Origin: Felis catus
Taxonomy: Eukaryota
DNA length: 64,000 bases
NCBI RefSeq assembly: GCF_018350175.1
Contig: NC_058383.1
Location: forward strand, 28,584,001-28,648,000
Direction of reading: 5' to 3'
Shown one piece after another: positions 11,948-24,682 of the stretch. Positions within the stretch are counted from its first letter, which is position 1; the number at the start of each line of letters is the position of its first letter. The translations under genes were made by a program, and so were the position numbers. The notes under the pieces are model-generated. The model was not told where the DNA came from, made no database searches, and saw only the letters and a program-made list of their open reading frames with translations.

Positions 11948-13137
11948 GTGCGTGTCTGCCGAGCTTCTTGGAGAGCGTCTTCCGGGACAGCCCCAGGCCC
12001 GTCTCCTGCACAGGAGGTGGAAATGCTGCCGGGTCGATGACGTGGCGGGCATTTTGAACAACATACCATTGGCATAAAATGAATGACTTCAGCATTTCTC
12101 CTTCATTCTGCGAGCCCGTATTAAGTTCCTTTCTGCCAGGTGATAAGGTGATGGAGTGAGGTCAGGGCACCTGAGCAGGTGATGAGGCAGTGCGGTCGGT
12201 GCAGCCATTTTTGGGTGCAGTGAGGAGGGACCACGAGCAGGGCCCATGCCCGGGCTTGGGGTTCGTTCTAGGGCCGAGATGTCGGGGATGCGTAGAAGTG
12301 AACCCTGTGACGGAAGGGGCTGCGTAAGCGGATGCAGGGTAGTGACCAGCAGTGTGGAAGTTCAGGGCATTTACAAGTAGGCAGGGGCCCATCAGTGAAG
12401 CAGGAGCTCACTTGCGGGGGCCTTCCTCCTTCAGGTGAGCGGGAGGCCTGGAGGGGAGGGCAGGGGGGAGACTCAGGTTTGTGTGCGGAAAGCACCAATG
12501 TCACTGCTGCGACCCGGACCGGTGGGAAGGGAGGAAAGGGCTTGGCGAGGATCCTGGCCGTGGCCGGAGTCCAGGTAGGAGTGACACCCAAAGCGCACCT
12601 GTGCGAGAGGGATGGGGGAGGCAGGGAGGACCTGGTGAGGCTGAGGTCGGGGGCTCGGTGACAGGCGCGTGTGGGGTGGTGCAGGGAGTCAAGGACCTCT
12701 GCTCTGCTCTTGCTCTGCTAAGGACGTGGACAGAGGACTTCGTTTCAGAAGTAGGACCGGGGACTTGCTTTGATTCATCTCCATGAATCCTCTTAGGGTA
12801 TGTTTACTAGAAAAATTAGTAAGGGCTCTCCTGTGAGAACCGTCTCCTTTAATAGACCAGAACTGGCGTTTGGGAGATGGTCTTTGGAAGAGCCGCAAAG
12901 CATATTTTTAAAGCTGAGTCTCACCGTTTTTAGACTATGCATCTTCTTGTAAGGGGCGTGTTTCTGCCAGCTTCTATCACTTTAAAAGCTAAAAGAAGCA
13001 TAGAAAATTTTTCCTTGGCGTCACTTTCTAACTTGTGAGGTATTTCGGGTCAGCACAGTTGGTCACGTTCTGCCTGGATTTAGGACTTATTTCCTCTCCT
13101 TTTCCACTGCTTAACCAGTAGTATGTCTTGTGTGCAG

Positions 13138-13198
13138 GTGGTCTGGATCAAAGGACATGGTCATAAGAGAATTGTAGTGTTAAAAAATGACATGAAAA
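13138..13198 (+). CDS. MARF1: MARF1 short coding exon ([20 protein letters not shown])
   Basis: tgcag| acceptor and A|gtaagt donor; peptide recognised as MARF1. Confidence 0.93.
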
Positions 13199-13285
13199 GT
13201 AAGTAAGCACCCATCCCCTCCCCGCCCCGGAAACCCTGGTTGTCTCACTGACTTCTCCCTCTGATGGGCCCTCTTGGTCCTCCAG

Positions 13286-13411
13286 GCCGTGTGAGTTCAC
13301 TCGGGCTCTCCCCTGTCAGTCCTGAAGACCAGCCCTCGGCCACAGAGCGCATCCCGGCGGCGCCCGAATCTTGCACAGCCCCGGAACTCAGACTTGGAGC
13401 AGGCAGCGATG
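13286..13411 (+). CDS. MARF1: MARF1 coding exon, disordered region (SRVSSLGLSPVSPEDQPSATERIPAAPESCTAPELRLGAGSD)
   Basis: tccag| acceptor and G|gtaagc donor; 126 nt, phase 1-1; similar to human SRLSSLSLSP...ELKLGADG. Confidence 0.9.
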
Positions 13412-13689
13412 GTAAGCGTCGAAAAACGAAACAACGCTTGTGAGATGCTGCAAGTGGCTGGGAGTGGGTAGGGGGTGGGGGTGGAAAAGGACCACAGTGG
13501 GTTGTTTTCCTTTGTTAAAGTCAAGTCTTCTTACATTTTCCAAAGCAGCCCGGCGTTTAGTTGGTACCTGAAAACCTGGCCTGCTTTTGATGGCATTTTA
13601 TGGTTAGTGGTTAAGGCTCTTAAAGCATGTGGACGCCCCTGTAGTGACAATATGTGAGCCCAGTTCAGATGTTCGAGGACAAAATTTCT

Positions 13690-13926
13690 TGGACACTTGT
13701 TAAAACGGTATTTTAAGACTATGGCAATAGGGTCAACTCTGCTGCACTAGAGGAGGGAGATCAAACTCAACTCTGAATACAAGGGTGAGGGGGGCAGTGT
13801 GACTGGGTGGCTCGGTCGGTTAAGTGTGCGACTGTTGATTTTGGCTCAGGTTGTGATCACAGGGATTGTGAGTTCGAGCCCCGTGTTGGCCTCTGGGCTG
13901 ACAGTATAGAGCCTGCTTGGGATTCA

Positions 13927-13997
<71 letters not shown>

Positions 13998-14258
13998 ATA
14001 AATAAATAAACTTAAAATAAAAGTGGGGTGGGTGGGGATGTTTTAGTCAAGGAGCAGAGTGAGGGGGGACATCTGGGGTGGAGGATTGGGGACCTTGTTC
14101 AGAGAGCAGGGGTGCGATTTCTCACAGAACCCCGCAAGATATTTGCTAAGAGCAGACTTGGCAAGGACCGGACAGACATGGAAGGCCAAGGTCAAGGCCT
14201 GTGGGGAAGAGGGTTCAAAGGGCCTGGCCTAAAGTTGGATCAAGGATAGTCTTTGTCA
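13690..14258 (-). mobile_element. Solo LTR relic related to the 10836 element, interrupted by a Can-SINE (+, 13788-14022, long (CT)n)
   Basis: Right end reverse-complements to TGACAAAGACTATCCTTGATCCAACTTTAGGCCAGG; left boundary approximate. Confidence 0.6.
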
Positions 14259-15004
14259 CAGGATCTCCCTGGGAAAGACTGGATAATAATATATTAATAA
14301 TACTAAGAACAACAGTGGGTCACTTAGATTTTATGTGGAACCTTCTCTGGCTAGAAGCTGGCTTGAGCTCTGTAGCAATTTTAACTTTATTGTAAGGGTT
14401 TTGGGTGGGTCCATTGCTGTGTATGCGCCTTCAGTCTTCATACGACCGCGTTAGTCGCTAGTTAGAAGTGTTGCCGTGGCCTGTGCGTGTCCAGCGCCTC
14501 ACGTGTGCAGCGTGTTAGACTTTCTAGAGCTCCTGAAGGAGCTCTGTGCCCTCAGCTGTCACGCGTTGCCTCCAGTCTACAAATGAGGGACCCAAGTTCT
14601 GGGAGGTTAAAGGGCTTACTTACCCAGGTTCACTCAGTTGGGGAGTGACAGAACCGGGGTTCAGCTCTTCCGGTTCGGAGCTCTGGCTCATTTAACTACT
14701 TTATACACCGTCTGCGGATTCTTGTGTCTCCTCTTTAGAAGCCGATTGTGGAACCCCCCCCCCCTTTTTTTTTTTTCTTGGCTCTGGCCCTTAGGAGATT
14801 GCTATTCCTAAGAACGGGAAATACTGGCTTGTGACATTTCCCTCACCAAAGAGTGACCAAGGCCTTTCTGTTAATGGCTTTTTTTTTTTTTTTTTTTAAA
14901 CTGAGGGTTTTTGAGTACTTCCTGGCCTTTTTCGTCCTGAAGGCCGGGAAAGAAGGCCTCAGGCACAGTCTCATGGTAGAGTCACGCCTGCCTTCTCTGT
15001 CCAG

Positions 15005-15175
15005 GGCCCCATCAAGCCGAGCAGGAGCTCCTCCGCCTGACCAACGACTCCCCCGTGGACCTCCTGTGTGCGCCCGTCCCGTCATGCCTGCCGTCCCCTC
15101 AGCTGAGACCAGATCCTGTCATCCTCCAGTCTGCTGATCTCATTCAGTTTGAGGAGCACCCTCAAGCGCCTTCTG
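15005..15175 (+). CDS. MARF1: MARF1 penultimate exon ([57 protein letters not shown])
   Basis: ctgtccag| acceptor and G|gtagga donor; 171 nt, phase 1-1. Confidence 0.93.
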
Positions 15176-16901
15176 GTAGGATGCACTGTGTTGTTGTGGG
15201 GGTTTTCTCTGTGGATTAAAAGAGAAAAGAATGATGCCAGTGTGGTAAACGTTAGATGGAGGTGGGGAGTACCTGTGGTTTTTCAGGCACAAAAATACCT
15301 GCACTGATGATGATTATTCAGGACCCTGTTTTCCTGTCAGTCTTCCTGCAAAACTAGGCTCACAGCCCGGGGTGGCTCAGGGAGCGGCAGACCCGGACAG
15401 GCGGTGGGTCTGGAGGGCTGATGCAGCCGGGCCGTGGACAAGGCCACAGGGGCGTGTGGAGGGCTTGCCGGGTGTGTGTTCCCCGCCTGCGTAAAGGGCA
15501 ATGGCTCGTGGGCGCACCTGGCACCAGCCGCACGCGGCAGCCCGGTCTGGCCTAGAGTTGGGTGGCTGCCCCGCGTCCCTGGGCCTTGTGAGGCTGTGAG
15601 CAGGGCAGGGGGAGAGGGCGTCTGTGACGTGAACTCTGGGCTCTGCACAGTGATCTGAGAAGGGACGGGAAGCTGGCCGCCTGGAGCACCGACCTGGTGC
15701 CGGCCCCGCGTGTCCCCCTTGTGCCTGACCCCACGCTTGGGCTCACAGGCATGTTCATGCTTCGCCAGAACCACAGCCTTGCAGGGCAGGTGACGAGGGG
15801 TGCAGCTTGAGTTGCCACTGGAGACCACGCTGGCCCCAGGCTGCTGGACTGGGAAGTGGCTGAGCCGGGATTTGAACCCCAGCCTTCTTGTCCTGCTTCT
15901 CTATCACCTGGCCTCCGCAGAGGATGGCCCACCGCCTCTTTCGAGGCCCTTCCCTTGTCGCCTTCGTCTATCACAACGAGTTCTTCTCCGCTCTATGTAC
16001 TGTTTCCCGGGAACGCCAGGCACAGCCTCGTGTTGCCCAGTGAAAGAACTGAGGCTGTTTATCTGGAAAGTGGGAGGGGAAACATACACGTGGCTCTTGC
16101 CCCTAGAAGGTGTGACCTGTGACAGAAGCAGGAGCGTCCGTCCGTCTCAAGGAGGCACAGCTAGAGGGGCGTATGGTGGACAGTAATGCTTCCTTGGGGT
16201 TGTGGCTGTGGTGCATTTAGTAAATGTGGGCTCCCCCACGCGCATGTGACGAGGGGCACAAATGTAATTGCAGTGGCGTCTGCTGTTGTCCTGAGTGTCG
16301 GCCTGAGCAGGGAGCCGGGGCTCTGCCTCCCGACTCTCACTCTCTCCTCTCTGTGCCTTTGGTGCGAGAGCCCCTTACACACGCAGGGGGGTCTCTTCCA
16401 AGCAAAACTGGCCCCGTGTGTATAGCGGGCCAAGTGTTTGGGGCTCAGCCAGAGAAAGAGCAGCCTGTCAACACTGCCGGAAAAGCGGCTGTGTTTGTGT
16501 CTGGGTACTTGAGAGTGATCCCGACTCTGCAGCTCTCTCCCTGTCTCTGCCCACCTTAGGTCCACGCAGAGTGCTGTCCTCTGTCCGTGGAAGGGCCCGG
16601 GGCTTCCTGACACTGAGGTCCCTCCTGGTGTGAGAGTGTTCGGGTCCCAGGAGGCTGGTGGGTCTTTCCCTGACAGAGAGAATGATTGGGCAGAGGATCC
16701 AGAGTGGGGAAAAAATGTTTCTGAACCATTGGCTGTTGAGTTCTGGCCAAAATGACGTTCTCTAAAACCTCATTCCCGGGAGAGCCGATGTGCAGTTTAT
16801 AAAATACGTGACTTTAAGTGACTCAGAGTGACCACATAGCTGGTACGTACATTGTGACCTGGGCATGATGTTTGGTGGGTTGTTTTTGAAACATCTTTTG
16901 A

Positions 16902-17103
16902 GGGGCCCAGGGTGGCTCAGTAGGTTAAGCGTCCAACTCTCGGTTTCGGCTCAGGTCGTGATCTCACGGTTCGTGAGTTTGAACCCGGCGTCGGGCTCCA
17001 CGCCGACAGCACGGAGCCTGCCTGGCATTCTCTCTCCCTCTCTGTCTGCCCCTCCTCTGCTCTCTTTCTCTCTCTCTCTTAAAATAAATAAACTTTAAAA
17101 AAG
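16902..17103 (+). mobile_element. Can-SINE ~100 nt upstream of the MARF1 last exon
   Basis: Diagnostic head and aataaataaa tail. Confidence 0.9.
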
Positions 17104-17203
17104 TTTTACAAGACATTTTTTGAGGTAATCTTAGAGAGAAACTAAAAACCAACATGTCGGGCAGGTCCTAGAACTGAAGGGGTTTGCTTTTCTGTGTTTA
17201 CAG

Positions 17204-17448
17204 AAATCATGATTTTAAACCAAGAAGAGAGCATTGAAATTCCAGTACCAGTAAAGAACAAAAACCCGGCCTCCGAGTCCAGCTCACCCTGCGTCTCAGC
17301 AGCTGCCCCAGTGCCTCCCTGCCCCTCCTCGGAAACCTCAGAGTCCCTGCTCGGCAAGGACCCCGTGGAAAGCCCGGCCAAAAAGCAACCCAAAAATAGA
17401 GTAAAATTGGCAGCCAATTTTTCCTTTGCACCTATAACCAAGCTTTGA
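17204..17448 (+). CDS. MARF1: MARF1 terminal coding exon (EIMILNQEE...[18 protein letters not shown])
   Basis: tttacag| acceptor; TGA at 17446-17448; C-terminus recognised as MARF1. Confidence 0.96.
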
Positions 17449-19865
17449 CTCGCGTTTTGAACATAGAATTAGGATGGGGAAACGCTGTCTGATTCTGCAC
17501 ACAAAAGTGGGTTCAAAAAACACAGCCTTTTCCGTTTGAATGAAAACCCCCTAGAAGCCACTTACTTCATCTTTAGATGTATCCCGTAACGTTTTGTTTC
17601 TTTTACATTGAACACAGCCTTGAGCTGAAATGTTTTTCTTTTTTCCTCCCCTAATTATTTGGGAAAAAAACAACAAAAAAGCCACCCCAAAACCTCCTGG
17701 CATTTGTTAAAGAATTCTTAATATATTTTACCCAGTTTTTCTTATCACGAAACGTAATGATGTTCTCTAAGAAGAAAGCAGTGAGAACTCAGCTCGAAGG
17801 GAGTGGTTTTACTTCCCTTCAAGCCACACCCGTGGTCGAATCTTACATGTAGCACAAGATAGCCTCTGAGCCTTCGCTTCCTGGTGTTTCCAGACAGTCT
17901 GAATCAAGTGCATGGTGTGTCTTTGCATTGAAGCCTGCTCCACAGCCTGTGCGTTCACACACGGAAGCAGAAGGGCGGGCGAGGTGGTGAGAATGTGTTT
18001 TCACGTTGGATTAGGAAGGTTCCTAGCTTCCATGTGACTTGTAAGCGTGCCTTGGTTTCTTTTGTTTTTTGTAGCTATGTCTGTAGTTGACAAATGTGGC
18101 TTCATGACGAAAATTTTTAAATGTTTCCGCTTCAGGGTTCCACGTAGGAGCTTTCTAGAACGTTGAGGATGTTTTAAGCTTCCCTTTTATGTTCCATTCC
18201 AGTTTGATAGGCATTGGGTTAAGGAAAAGGAGATGGCCTTGGTGTCATGAATTGAAAGTCAGCATCTGAATTCTAGCACACAGTGTTGTGTGTTGAGAGG
18301 CAATGTTGGGAAGAGAGTCTGATTTCCTAAAATATGCATGAAATGCATAAATTACAAATCAGAGCCGAGGGGGTGCGTTAACAGGAGTGATACCGATACT
18401 CTTTCCACTAGGAAGAGACAGAATTCTATCTATACGTGTGAAGGCCAAGGTTGATCATCTTAACCTTGTATTTGTCATTTTAAACCTGGTTTCGGTAGCC
18501 GGGAAGCTTTCTGCGCGAGTGCATGTGTGTGCGCGTGCGTGTTGGCTCCGTGTCTTTTAAGAGTGTCCGTCCGCTTTTACTGTTACTTCTCGCTGTTGTT
18601 GGAAGCATGTTTGGTTGTTTTGTGGTGTCTGATGTTGCCCTTTGGGAAAAGCCAGCCTCTGAGGGAGCACTGCCCTGTGGAATGACCTTCGCCTCGAGGT
18701 GGCAGAGGCATCCGGTGACGGTGACCTCTCACCCCTCCTGGAGAAACCTGACATTTACAATGGGTTGTATTTGTTGGGCAAAAAGGCGGATTCATTCATA
18801 GAGCAGAGAGAACCCGTGGGCTTAAGGTCTTCTGCTGCGGAGATGGTTTCTTTGGGGGAATTGTTCATATTTTGTAATTTCTAGAAGGCCGGAGAGTGGG
18901 CTCTGATTTCTTCATAGCCAGCATTTGGATAAAATGCCACAGAACAAGGGCTAGAGAGAGATTTTTACGAGTCAGGTTTTTGTTCCCCAAAATCTCTAAA
19001 ACGAAGCCAGTGATTCTCAGTTCTCCACACATGGCCCCAGTCGAGATGGAACAGCACTGGAAAAGCCTTCCAAGCATTCTGGCCCCTCTGCGAACCCTCT
19101 GGGAACGAAGGCATTTCCTCTACAGACATAGGACGGCAGGAAGTCAAATACAGATGTGCAATTTTTTTTTAAGAAGCTTTTAAACAGTGTAATAAAGTTG
19201 GTGTTGAGAACCTCAGTTGCCTTATCCTGAGACTTCTTAAGGCTGAGTTTGCACTCTTGGACTTTAGTTTTGCTCGCAGATGCGGGATTGACTTTAAAAA
19301 CGTAAGAGGTACCATTACAAGTCACTTAGGGACAGTCTCAGAGCGGCTTCTTTGAGCAACAGACGGAGAAGAGCCTGCAGACGTACGCTGTCGTGGGAGT
19401 CTGGTCGAACCGAACCGCTCGCCGGGGTCACCAGTCAGCCTGGGACGCGTGTGTGACTCTAACGGTCGCTGTTGGAAGGTGAGAGAACACAGCGAGAGCT
19501 CGGTGTGTCGGTGATGTACTCCACAACGGCCAGTCTGATCGTGATCTATTTTTTTATCCAGAGGCTTAATTAAATGATGTGACAAAATGATGTATGAGAA
19601 TTAAGACAATGAAATTCTTTATTTCTGGGTGGAAAGATGTACCAGATTAGATTTATCTGTTTAAAAAAAAAAAAAAAAAAAAGACAAAAAGTCGTCACCA
19701 AACCCCCCTTTCCCATCTTGCACTGTTTGTTTTGGATTGGGCTTGGGGGAAGAGATGTTTTTCTTAACTGTCTACTTTGTTTCAACACTTTCTTTGTGGT
19801 TCAAGTGCTGTTTTGTGTGTTGGGACCAAACAGTTGTCAATAAACTTTACAAAGCAAGCATCTAA
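17449..19865 (+). other. MARF1: MARF1 3'UTR (~2.4 kb; 3' end approximate)
   Basis: U-rich sequence with no recognisable interspersed repeats, running from the stop codon to AATAAA and a downstream GU-rich element. Confidence 0.8.
19839..19844 (+). terminator. MARF1 main polyadenylation signal AATAAA
   Basis: AATAAA followed by GU/U-rich ttttctgagttgatgtgggatttgtttgt; a second upstream AATAAA at 19191-19196 may be an alternative site. Confidence 0.8.
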
Positions 19866-21600
19866 TTGGAGTTTTCTGAGTTGATGTGGGATTTGTTTGT
19901 GGGGTGGGACGAAAGGCCAGTCCAGCCCTCTCTCCGTGTTGGGTCCCCCCAACTTCTCACCCCTTCTGAAAAGTCTGTCAGGGAGAGCACATCAACCTGA
20001 CATCTCAGCGGCCCTTTCCGTTTGGCACGTGGCCCTGGACGGTGGCCACGCTGTTGGTGCTTCGTGTTCTGGACCGTCCAGGGTCTCCGGCCGAGTTCCA
20101 GGCATGATCACACGTGGGGCGAATGACAGTAGCCGCAAACCCCCTCTGGTTATAAGCCTGAGATAATCCCTCGGATCTCTGTCCCTGTGAGAGAAATCCA
20201 TTTTTGCAGGCTACCTTGTTTTTTGGCCACTCCCTGGGCATGCTTTCCGAATAAGCCCATCGGGAAAAGACTTCTTACACGGATTCCACTGTGAAGCCCG
20301 TCCCCTGAGACCACCGTGACCCCCTTGCAGGAATCTGAAAGCACCCAGAAGACACCTGAATGTTTGGGTAAATTGCTTCTTCGTGAAGTACAATTATTTG
20401 TTAAAGCCTAACGTTAAAAGCTCTTAAAAGCCCTTGGCGATCCTTTCCGAACATCTTCCGCGGCAGCAAACCTTTGCGGAAAACCTTGGGCGGCCACCGT
20501 ACCCCTTTTGAGGGAGGCAAGGAGGTTTTGTGGGTCCGGACTGGGATTTGCGATGGGCGCTGCCTCTCTCTCCTTGTGCATTTCCACGCGGTGTGGAGGC
20601 GGTGGCTTCGGAGACGGCCGGCTGAGTGAAGGCCCCCCCTCTCCTTGCACAGGAGGTGGGTGTCGACATCTAGAACCTGGCTCCAGAAGCTTTGCCCTAG
20701 CGGTTCCCTTCACCACCGTGAGGAGCGTGGTGCTCTGGGATTTCCCTTCCTGTTTTCTATCTGCTTCATGTGGGCGGAGGCCGAGTCGCGGCTCAGGAGC
20801 ACCCCCGCTGCTCCCCGTACCAGTGACCTGCCGTAGCCTCCGCTCACGCCGTGGATTGGACGGGTCGCACGTCGGCCCTGGGCCTGAGCAGGAGCGGGCC
20901 CCCTGACTCGCTGCCCCATGAACCGGCGCTCAGGGTGGCCTCCACTCCTTTCTTACCTGGCCTGCACTCCTTTACCACCCGCTCCCACGATAAATAGGAG
21001 ATAATGGGCAGTCTGCTGGTTAACGGCATCAGCGTCCCCTGATGCCAGTCTTTGGGGACAGATGCAGAGAAGACCGAGCCAATTTGCTTGTCTGCATTAC
21101 TCCTTCCCAGGAAAGTTCTAGACTGTCTCCCTGGGAGGCTGGCAGCCCTGGGAAACAGGAGGAAATAGCCGGTCGTCTCTGGGACAGGGTCAGCAAATGA
21201 TGGAAATGGCGGGAAAGAGAGAACCCCCCCGGCTCCCCCCTCACTTTTCAGGTGCACAAGGCCAGGAGCTTAGAAGATCTCAAGTCGGAAATAGAGGGCT
21301 GGTACTTTGCTCAGCAAGGCGAAGAGAACAATTCCCATTTCCTGGGAAGGAAGGATTTGGAAATGGGGAACTCGGAGCACAGAGGAGGAAGGAGGAAGGA
21401 CATGTGGGTGGAAAGCAAGTAGTGGCTGTCACAGTATGAACCAGCCAGGAGCGCTGTGGGGGGTCAAGGGCAGGGCGGAGCCGTCTCTTCCGGCCATGGG
21501 AAAGCCTCTCCTAACCCCCTTGCCCGAAAGCCTTCCCAGATGCAGGGCCTGGCATGGGAGAACCCCCCCACTCCCGCTTCCCACCCTTTGTCTCTCAGAG

Positions 21601-21814
21601 TTTATTTTATTTTTTTGAATTTTTTAAAACATTATTTTTGAGAGACGGAGCATGAGTGGGGGAGAGGCAGAGAGAGGGAGACACAGAATCCGAAGCAGAT
21701 TCTAAGCTCTGAGCTGTCAGCGCAGAGCCTGACGCGAGCTTCCAGCTCACAAACCACAAGATCATGACCTGAGCCGAAGTCGGACGCCCAACTGACTGAG
21801 CCACCCAGGCGCCC
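21601..21814 (-). mobile_element. Can-SINE
   Basis: Diagnostic sequence; TSD-like ctcagagttt on both sides. Confidence 0.9.
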
Positions 21815-24609
21815 CCTCCCTCAGAGTTTCTGATGTCACTCACAGTGAGTGCAGGCAAGTGACCCACAGGCTTGCAGGGACCCTGCCCTCGGTGTAGGCA
21901 GCCTCTGAATCTGGTGTGTGGCCCAGACGTGGGATCGGGAAAGAAATCCCTTTTCGCTTCCCTACGTGAGGAGGATAATAGGGTTTTGTACATGTACGTG
22001 GACTCTGAGTCCTGACCCCACCGACCTCCCCCATCTCCCCCCCCCCCCCCCCCCGTCACGCATGAGGACGAAAGCCCCGGGTTTTGTTGGCTGTCAGCTG
22101 GAAGCCACCTGGAGGCCATCCACCGTTCCCTGCCACGTGGGATCCCTCAAAACAGCAGCTTAGTTCATCCAACCCGGGAGGAGAACCTCCTCCAGTCCTC
22201 TAAGAGGGAGCCTCATAGAATGTGACCTCATCAACGGAGGGGCCTCCCGTGGTCCTTGCCAACTTCCGTCAGGTAGAAGAAGCAAGCCACAGGCGCCCAG
22301 GTGATCCTGGAGTATTTGACGAATGAGGGAGTGACCGAGGAGGAAGGCCTGAGACACCCAGTCGAGCTCCTGGTGTGAGAGGAGAGGGGTCCCAGCCCTA
22401 AACCTTCCGAGGGCCGGCAGCCAAGTTTCACAGCCAGGCAAGGGCCCGGAGAGACTGACTTGTAGTTCACGCGCCTTCCACCTCTGCGCCGAGGTTTCCA
22501 AGTGGGAACAGGAGGCTTCGAGGACTGAAGCAGAGAACCCCCCCCCACTGGCCCCACGAGGAACTCGGGGCTGGGCATGTGACCGTTAGAGAAACAGGAC
22601 AACAGGCCCGAAATGGAATTGCTGGTGCTGAGCTCCGTGTCACCAAACCGGCACTTCCTACCGTTTTCGGCTCTTCCAGAAATAGAATCCCGAACCAGTC
22701 CGTCAGGAGTCTCCCGATCGGCTCTGATCAAGTAATCTGCCCGACAGAGCCCTGTGGCCCCCTGTTCCGTTAGCTGCCCCCTCCCACATTCCCGCCGCCT
22801 CTGTGCTTTACCGCTGGCCTAGGGGGACAGAAAGCCCACAACTGTTCGTCAAGACGCGAAACCCGCCACCGCTGCTTCTCCTGTGGGCAGAGAGTCAAGG
22901 AGCCACATACACCTTCTCGGGAGAGAAATAAACCTTGGTGGGCGGAGGGGGCCCCGGGGGCCGGCTAGCAGTGTCCTAGGCTTCTCTGGAAACGCCACGG
23001 GGCCTGGAGTGAGGTCAGCGAGAGGGCGGCAGGGAGCTGAACTGTCTCAATCAAGCAGGAGGGCAGTTGCTGATGGGGAGGCCGGGGACACACGTGAGCC
23101 CCGTGGGGGCTGGAGGCAGAGCTGGTGGCAAAAGGAGTGGCCTATCTTCACTGGTGCGTGTGGCTGTGATGCAAACCCGCACCCACCTCCATAAGCATTC
23201 TGGAAGGTCGGCTTCACGTCCCAAGGCCTGTGCAGCTTGCCTTCTGCGGCGAGTGGGGAGAGCTGGTGAGTTCCCTGTGGGACTTGGCGGGAGGAGGGAG
23301 GGGACAGCCGTGGGAAGGGATGTGAGGGGTGTGGAGAGCTGGTGGGGGGTACGGTCCAGGGCACGTGTGACTCAGGGACTGTAAGCCCCGGGAAGGTGCG
23401 GACATCTTGGAGAAGCACGGGGAGTGGGGCTTCAGGTGACATTCAGGTTACGATGACTCTTATTGCCTGTTCCCCCGTCTGCTCACGGTCAGCTTCACGA
23501 GGGCAGGCCCCAGCGGGTCTTACTCTCTGCCCCAGGCCCCCCAAGAACCCCGGCGAGGCTTGGGCTGACCGTGGCTCCTAAGAACCCACTTTTCTAAGCG
23601 CGTCGTTAGTGCCTTATCTACCACGTGCACTGCTCCAAAGCCGTCCCACGTAGTTCATGTCCTGCGAATGCCCCGCTGTTCTCTCTCCATGTGACAGGGC
23701 TGGACGCGGAGGTGCAGAGCGGGGAGGCATCGTCCGGGCACACCCGGGAGGGCTTCGGCTGGGATTTTTCACCCCGGCGGGCTGACTCCACGCCGAGCCC
23801 TTCGTCGCCTCCTAGGTTACTTGCCCTTTTGCTAAGCCTGCTGGTCGGGGGTTTCGTTCAGATTTAACCCCGGTGAGAAGGCCTAGCCCTGCCCTCCTGT
23901 TTGACGTTCGTCTCCCCCACTGGAACGCAGGTTCCAGGAAGGCAGCACCGCCCCCGCCCCGTTCTTCCGTGTCCCCCGGTCCCTGCCGGGTGCTGCCTTC
24001 ACCGGGGGCATTAAACACACGAACGAATGGAAAAACCACCTGGCGTTTGTTCCTCAAGCTGGCTTTCCCGAGGGTCTTGCCCCAGCCCCTGGCGCTCACC
24101 CAGCCCTCCTGACTCAGGACGTGGCCACATCCCGCGGGCCCCTTTGACCAAATTCTCAAGGTCGCGGGACCTCTGTGGATGCTGCAGAACCTCCGGGTGT
24201 TCCTGCTGCTCCTCCAGTTTGTTCCCTGAAAGGACGGTGTGAGCAGGGGTGTGAAGCCGGGCGAACAGTGAGGCTGGAGGTGGAAAAGGCCTCGGAGGTG
24301 CTGGGCCTCAAGTAAAGCGTTGCCAACCGGGCCCAAGCCCCAAGCCTTTACGACGAGGGCGGGGGGCAGGTGCCAGAGAGCTTGGGCCTGGGGAGCAGCT
24401 GCACGTTAGGAAGGTCATTGTGGCTTCAGCGTGGCGCACGGGGTAGACCAGAGGAAGGGCTGGCAGGGAATCTGAGGAGTTCGTGGCACAGGCAGTGACG
24501 CGTGAGGGCCCGGGAGAGGTGACAACAGGCGGCAGAGTGGGAACCACATAACCCCAAGAGGCTTCAGTGGCTGCGGCACTACAGCTGAGGGGACACGACA
24601 GGGTGGAAT

Positions 24610-24682
24610 GGGGGGGGAACGGTGTAGGAAGGGGCCGGGTCCGGGGGGGGGAACGGTGTAGGAAGGGGCCGGGTCCAGGGGG
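24610..24682 (+). repeat. G-rich tandem duplication (2 x ~33 bp G(n)AACGGTGTAGGAAGGGGCCGGGTCC)
   Basis: Direct inspection. Confidence 0.85.

Noticed and set aside
17446..17460. Possible stop-codon readthrough at MARF1 TGA-CTC
   Set aside because: Not the UGA-CUAG motif, and another TGA follows after three codons.
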